The notes under the pieces are model-generated. The model did no database searches. It was not told the origin of the DNA and worked only from the letters and a program-made list of their open reading frames with translations. The position numbers were made by a program, and so were the translations under genes. A stretch of 37,076 nt of DNA, taken from the NCBI GenBank assembly GCA_049999805.1, contig JBNGIO010005977.1, forward strand, positions 1 through 37,076. The letters run 5' to 3'. Within the stretch, counting starts at the first letter, position 1. Every line of letters starts with the position of its first letter. Shown in pieces: positions 31,402 through 37,076 of this stretch. This DNA comes from Folioceros fuciformis (taxonomy: Eukaryota).

Positions 31402-33835
31402 TCATGGGAGGCTCGAAACAGTTTCAGATTCAGCTTGCTCTCGGAGAGGCTGATCTGAATGTGTAACCTCCTCAGAAGCAGAATCTTGCCTCACTGGTTT
31501 ATATCTGTACCAGTGAGCACAAAGCAAGTAAAAGAAAAAATTCAAAAAACTCAAAACTGCCAAAAACGAGTAGAAGTAATCAAGCCGACTCCTGTTCAGG
31601 TTATTTGCCAGCCATCCTGGATCATCACCCTTGCTTGTTACCCTGGTGACAAGCGTAACAAGGAGGGTGCTCAAATAGTGACCTGCACCAATCGTACTCA
31701 GATAGATAGCCGTGCCCAGACTCCGCATCCCATCTGGGGCTTCGTTGTAGAAGAACTCGAGCTGCCCAACTTGTGTAAAGATCTCTGTAATCCCCCTCAG
31801 GGAGTACTGAGGGACAAGCCAAAAAATGCTCATGGGAATCATTACATCAGGTTTATCCAACAGCCCATGCTCCTTCGCAACATTCACTCTCTTCACCTCC
31901 ACCACAGCTGCCACGACCATGCACAACGTGGCGAAGATCATACCTGTACCAATTCTCTGAAGGGTTGTTATTCCATGCTCGTACCCAGTGAACCTTCGGG
32001 CAAACGGCACGAAGTAGCGATCATAAAGAGGCAGAAAAAAGATCACATTCAGCAGCTCAAAGACAGACAGTGTGGCTGGTGGGAACTTGAAGTGTGGCCC
32101 CATGTTATTATCCAGAGTACTTGCGGCTTCTACAGAGAAAGTCTCCAGCTGCCCAAGAGCTGCCCACACTGTGATTGTGCTCAGCCAGATAGGCAGAACT
32201 CTCACAATAAGCTTCAGCTCCTCCACCTGGGTGACACTACAGAGTTGCCATCTGCTCGGAGGTTCATCATCATACACGTGCGTTTTGACGACCACGGCAG
32301 CCTTATCAAGAAACCTGCTTGGCGGAAAAGCAGCGAGACATCATTAATTTTAATTCAGCAGCCACACGTTAGAGAAAAACAAAGGAGACCAAGGGCTTAC
32401 TTGAACTGCTTCGTATGATGGAGCGGCGCCTTCGAGGACTGGAGATCCGTGGCGTCTCCATGATACAGTAAGGTATCATCTAGTGGCAACGAGAATCTAA
32501 ACTTACGTACTGCAGCAACTAAAACTTGTGCAATACGAGTCAAGGGACTGCCAGCCGGCGCTTTGTATCTATACAGACTGGCCCCGGCCACAAATAACAG
32601 GATGCCTATGATCATGATCCCAGACGGTATGCCAAATCCCCAGCCAAATCCTATATTATCCTGTATATATACAAAGAGGGTTACAGATATCAATGAACCT
32701 ACAGAGATGAAAAAATAGAACCAGTTGAAGAAGTGAGCCAAGTGTTGCTTCTCTTTGGCATCCTCTGAATCAAACTGATCTGCTCCAAGAGCTGAGACAT
32801 TGGATTTGATCCCTCCATTGCCTAAAGCAATGAGATACAGACCAACTAGAAAGATAGCCATCTGCAATCCATGAGCCGGTTTGCATGTAACACTCATCTC
32901 ACTTGGGCAGGAAGCCGGACGGAGTGATGGCAAGGTTGCAGAAAGAGTTAGGACAGTCATACCCTGCACGAGAACAGGCAGGTAGAAGACTCCTTAGGAA
33001 TCCTCAACCTTCAAAGCTCACTCTAGAACAGCCTGTTGTCCAAAACTCAGATATGTCGGTTTCAGCACATACCACAGTCTGTACTGACGCAAAACTAGAA
33101 ATGGCCCAGAAACGACCGAGGTATGCATCAGCCGCAAAGCCTCCAATGAACGGAGTGAAGTAATTGGTGCCCACAAAGTTGGAGACAGTGTTGGCCGCCT
33201 TCACCTTGCTCAGATGCATGTTATCCACGAGGTAGGTTACAAGATTCCGTTGAAGCCCCAAGGTTGCCAGCCTTTCACAGATTTCGGTCGCTACAATACC
33301 CACCAAGGTAAATGTTAGGCGTGGAACTTCACTTAACACCTCAGATTGCGTAGCGTCTACTCCACAAGCCAACCATCCTGTCAGAGAAGTACCAAATATC
33401 AAAGGAGCTGCTCTCCATCCACCAGTCCTCTCCCTAACAGCCACTCTTCCTTTACGGTCCAAGAACCCATCTACCACAAATGTCTGATCGTTCTCCGCCT
33501 CAACCTCTCCCTGCAAGAGGGACAGCAAAGCCATTAGCTGCATGCTACGAAGTGCCTCAAGCACTTCACGCTCAACTGGGTCCTCTCACCCTTCTCCACG
33601 GGCTACGAAACCTACCATATCCTCTGAAGAATTGACAGACTTGTACTCGAACTTGAGGCCACCTGCAACACAACAAAACCGTAGAATGAGAACCTGCCTT
33701 CGGACAAGAGCTTTCAGGTGCATGCAGAAGGCCTTGACACAATTCCAGAGAAGAAGCTGCATCGTAAAACAAAATCTACACCTTACCGGAATCGTGAGGC
33801 CCCCGGGCCCGGATGCGGGAACCCTGAGGCCCCAT
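31402..33835 (-). CDS. NPF (NRT1/PTR) transporter, copy 4 (divergent)
   Basis: Exons (minus): 33835-33787, 33662-33616, 33510-33393, 33290-33073, 32963-32401, 32314-31402; alternative start at ATG 33618. TGGWRAAPLIF, EICER, GGFAADAYLGRFW, GNGGIKSNVSALGADQFD, FFNWFYF, WQLCSVTQVEELK, GQLEFFYNEAPDGMRS. Confidence 0.93.
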
Positions 33836-35002
33836 TGAACCTGGCGCCGTACACAGGAGGGAGATTCAGGCGTATGTGCACCCCACAAGAGAGAGGGATG
33901 GTAACAACGCCAGCCTGCGAAAGCAGTTACCGGCTCTGGCAGTGCCGCTCACGCATGCCCTGCTGATCTGTCGGGCCGTCATGGTCAGTAAATCTCTGCA
34001 CGGCTGTTCATTGCTGCCTGAAATTTTGTGATATCGGTCTCAGGGACCGAACCACCAGTGCGGGAGAGGCACGTTCATGTCCGGTCTGCATCAAGAGACC
34101 TTGTTCTGTCTTTCACACAGACCACGTTCAGTGTATCCTTCCGCAGCTGGACTGGTCATCTGTCATCTCCAGCCAATCATCGTGGGGCCCCCGGAAGCGT
34201 AGGAATGGAGGTGGCTGCAAGCTGGCACGCGAACTACAGACTATCGAGCTGACGCAATCCAGCCTCTGGACTGAAATGCACTTGCTTCACGGTGGACAAC
34301 AGATTCCCTTCCCCAAACAGCTAATTGTCCGTTTCGTGTTTAGCCTAGGATCCGTTAACACCTGCCCATATTTAACGATAGCCCTTTGGAGCCCAAGTAT
34401 CAAGCCACCGGCACGAGGAGAGCAGGGGTAAAGCTTGAGGAGCTTCGAGGATCGTACACTGCCGACCAGAAATTAGATACACCATAGACAGTTTTTATGA
34501 GTAGATCAAGGATTTGCATGCAACCCAATTTCCAAGACTCCGGATGTTTTGATCCCAAATCTTGAAAGATGTAGGAAAATGTGTGGCAAAGAGCCGGCAC
34601 AGTGTTCCCCCGCTTCCAAGGCCATTCTTGTCACAAGGTGAACAGAAGCTTAGTGCTATGGCAAGTCATCAGACTAGGGCCATCTCATTTCAAAGAGATA
34701 TGTTGGATCTCTTCCATGACAATGAGATGACGTCATTGACAACAAATTGTTTTAGTGAGCGTCTTTGTTTCAAAGCGTGATCAATGGATATTTGTGACAG
34801 GCTTGCGGAGAGCATTGCATTAACAAGGTAACATCAATAGGGTATCACTCGATACAAGTCCCATGAAGCACAGTATGTCGTCTCCCTTTTCTTGGGTTAC
34901 CGAAAGATGAAATCTCGACTGAAGAGGACATGCAAACACTGGTGGAATCTCCGCCTAAGAGGAAATACAAACTTCCATTGCCCCGAGCCATTCCCAGGGT
35001 CG

Positions 35003-35066
35003 CACGTGGCCGCCCGTACTTGTGAGTGCGAAGGGAGCTAAGGGAAGGCTTCCTGGCACACGCGTC
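35003..35066 (+). promoter_or_regulatory. ABRE (CACGTGGC) plus CE3-like element (ACACGCGT) upstream of the LEA-like gene
   Basis: CACGTGGC at 35003-35010 and acacgcgt at 35058-35065, 250-320 bp upstream of ATG 35319; another cacgcgt at 35241. Confidence 0.55.
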
Positions 35067-35318
35067 AATCGGTGCAGGGCCCAAGTGTTGGGCGGTGCGA
35101 TTACGGAAACAGCCAATGACACAGTTCCACCTATGCCGTCACAGCGCATAAGAGGAATTGCAGAGGAGAAGGAAGCCATGTGTCGCTCGCTCTCTCATCC
35201 GCAATCTGTCCATCTCCGTTGTCTATCTCAGCAAAAAGTTCACGCGTTGATCCTCAAGTCTTCAATCTGGACTTGAACTTTCTGCATACCACGCTCGTAT
35301 TTGGAATTTCAGCGAACC

Positions 35319-36601
35319 ATGGCCAGCAACCAGCTTTCTGAGGTCCCGAGTGACCAGGTGACTGCAGCTTCACAGATATGGCATCCCTGAAGCGTTCACT
35401 TCTGCAGCTGGAGGACTAAAGTTTCTCTGATTCCTGGTTTACTGTGGTGCAGCGTAATTTGGTGGAGTCGTTGGGAGATCTGAGCATCGGGCAGGAGCAG
35501 GGCTTTGAGTCCCAGCCAGCGGGCCTTGCAAGGCCAAGAAGCGGCCTGGCCAGAACTTCTTCCACCGCCTCTTCCGCCTCGGATGTCCCCCAAGGTTTGC
35601 GCAGTTCCTGCGTCTCCTGCATTTCTTTTATCTCCTGTGTCTTCTGCATTTCCTGCGTGCTTCGTTTCATCTCCTGCGTCGGTTGTGAGCTCGGTAACGT
35701 TCTCACGATTGTCCTCGGAGCAGGTGATGCCGGGAAGCCGTTCACGGAAAAGCTGGCGGAGCAGGAGAGGGGGGACGCTGAGGTGACGGATGGGAGGGTG
35801 GTGGCGAGCAAGCCGCCGTCCGGGATCCTTCAGTCCGTGACCGAGAAGATCTCGCTGACTGTGCAGTCGGCCAAGGACGCCATCGCCAAGAAGCGGGAGC
35901 AGGCCAAGTCCTCGGCAGGGAAGGACGGGGACCAGGACGTGCTGGTCCTGGACGAGGAATACACCAAGAAGGTCGCGGACGAGGCGAGCGAGCCGAGCGC
36001 GACCAAGGATGCCCTGGCCTCGACAGGAGCCGCGGTGGTAGGTTCCGCGGTGGCTGCCAAGGATGCTGTCATCGCTTCCGTTTCGGAAGCCGGGAAGGGA
36101 GAGGGAGAAGCCGTGGAAGGAGAAGGAGCTGTGGCCCCGGCCAAGGGCGGGATCCTCGAGACGGTGGGGACGAAGATCGCGCAGTCCGTGCAATACGTGA
36201 AGGGAGCTCTGGTGTCCGGGAAAACAAAGGGCGAAGGCGATCGCGAGGCGGAGGCGGAGGCGGAGGCGGAAGGGACCGGGAAGGGAATTCTCGGGAAGGT
36301 CGGGGAGAAGGTGACGCAGTCGGCGCAGTACGTGAAGGAGTCGGTGCAATCCAAGACTGTGACGGATCCTGCCAACCCTGATAAGGTGCATGTGCAGCAG
36401 ACGGCCAAGTCGATGCTCAAGTCTGTCGGGGAGAAGGTGAGCCAGGGCACGGCGTATGTGAGGGATGTCGCTCTGACCCGCGCAGGGCCATATTCCAATG
36501 GTCCGGTGGAGACCGCGCCTGAGACAGGTCTGATCAATCCGAGCTCTGTTGTTGTGACCGAATCTCATGAGCCTGAGGTGCAGAGCACGCAGGGGAATTG
36601 A
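35319..36601 (+). CDS. LEA-like/hydrophilin protein with amphipathic repeats
   Basis: Exons 35319-35357, 35453-35594, 35724-36601 (GT-AG, in frame). A/E/K/G/V-rich, with four repeats: GILQSVTEKISLTVQSAKD, GILETVGTKIAQSVQYVKG, GILGKVGEKVTQSAQYVKE, SMLKSVGEKVSQGTAYVRD. Family assignment is from composition and repeats only. Confidence 0.75.
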
Positions 36602-36919
36602 CTACAAAAACTGTGGAAAACTCCCGGGACAAGGGACGCCGTAGCGGGCATGGAACGTAGCAGAAACTTGTTATTGTGAAAAATGTTCTAGGTGTTGACG
36701 AGCGAGCTTTGCCTCCAATAGGGTAGTTGCGTAGCTTAGCAATTTTGTATATTCATTCATTCTTTGGAACTGATGTGATATTTACGTTGGCAAAGACTTA
36801 TTGAAGGGAATAGAAGCGATAGCTCTTGTATACCCTATGGGCACCGACGAATTTATGGAATACCACCTCACTCGCACGAGCAAGCTAGATACATGGATAG
36901 GTCAAGGTGATAGCTCCTT

Positions 36920-37076
36920 TCTTTCATCTTGCCACTTCATGCTTCATCCTTGCCACTTCATGCTCCTTGTTATTTCGTGCTCCTTGTTACTTCGTGTTCC
37001 TTTCGTGCTCTCTTTGCTACTTCGTGCTCCTTTCGCCACTTCCTTGCCTTGCCACTTCCTTTCTTTCGTCCTTGCC
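36920..37076. repeat. Degenerate pyrimidine-rich minisatellite (cttgccacttc(a/g)tgctc-like) running off the window end
   Basis: Repeated ttgccacttc / ttcgtgctcc motifs. Confidence 0.8.

Noticed and set aside
31459..32418. 319-aa + strand ORF
   Set aside because: Antisense to the NPF4 last exon with no recognisable motif; best explained as a shadow ORF.
35396..36568. 390-aa antisense ORF (and 235-aa ORF 35830..36537)
   Set aside because: Shadow of the GC-rich, codon-biased LEA-like CDS; low-complexity L/R/H/G sequence.

Overview
Eukaryotic (land-plant) nuclear genomic DNA. It is gene-dense, with mostly short (~80-140 nt) GT-AG introns and a 100-N assembly gap at 744-843. A DIP13/SSNA1 centriole/flagellar gene, the short introns and several intronless genes point to a seed-free plant with motile sperm (hornwort- or lycophyte-like; inference only). 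Gene order: SSNA1/DIP13 (cut by the gap); an AT-rich, repeat-rich block with an unassigned 375-aa ORF; two NPF (NRT1/PTR) transporters on +; intronless SNX1; pTAC2 (PPR-SMR) head-to-head with a G-patch (Spp2/MOS2-type) gene; an eIF3i pseudogene and an intact eIF3i separated by a repeat-rich insertion; an intronless, degenerate GT47/exostosin gene; two more NPF genes on - with an orphan decayed spliced gene between them; and an LEA-like gene with ABRE/CE3-like promoter motifs. I found no rRNA, tRNA, CRISPR or prokaryotic system. The most interesting signals are the four-member NPF cluster with divergent substrate-pocket residues and intron dynamics, the very tight co-oriented NPF-GT47-eIF3i packing, a stop-free intron encoding a Cys-rich segment in the LEA-like gene, and two unassigned coding remnants. 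All exon coordinates were read by eye and need transcript confirmation.
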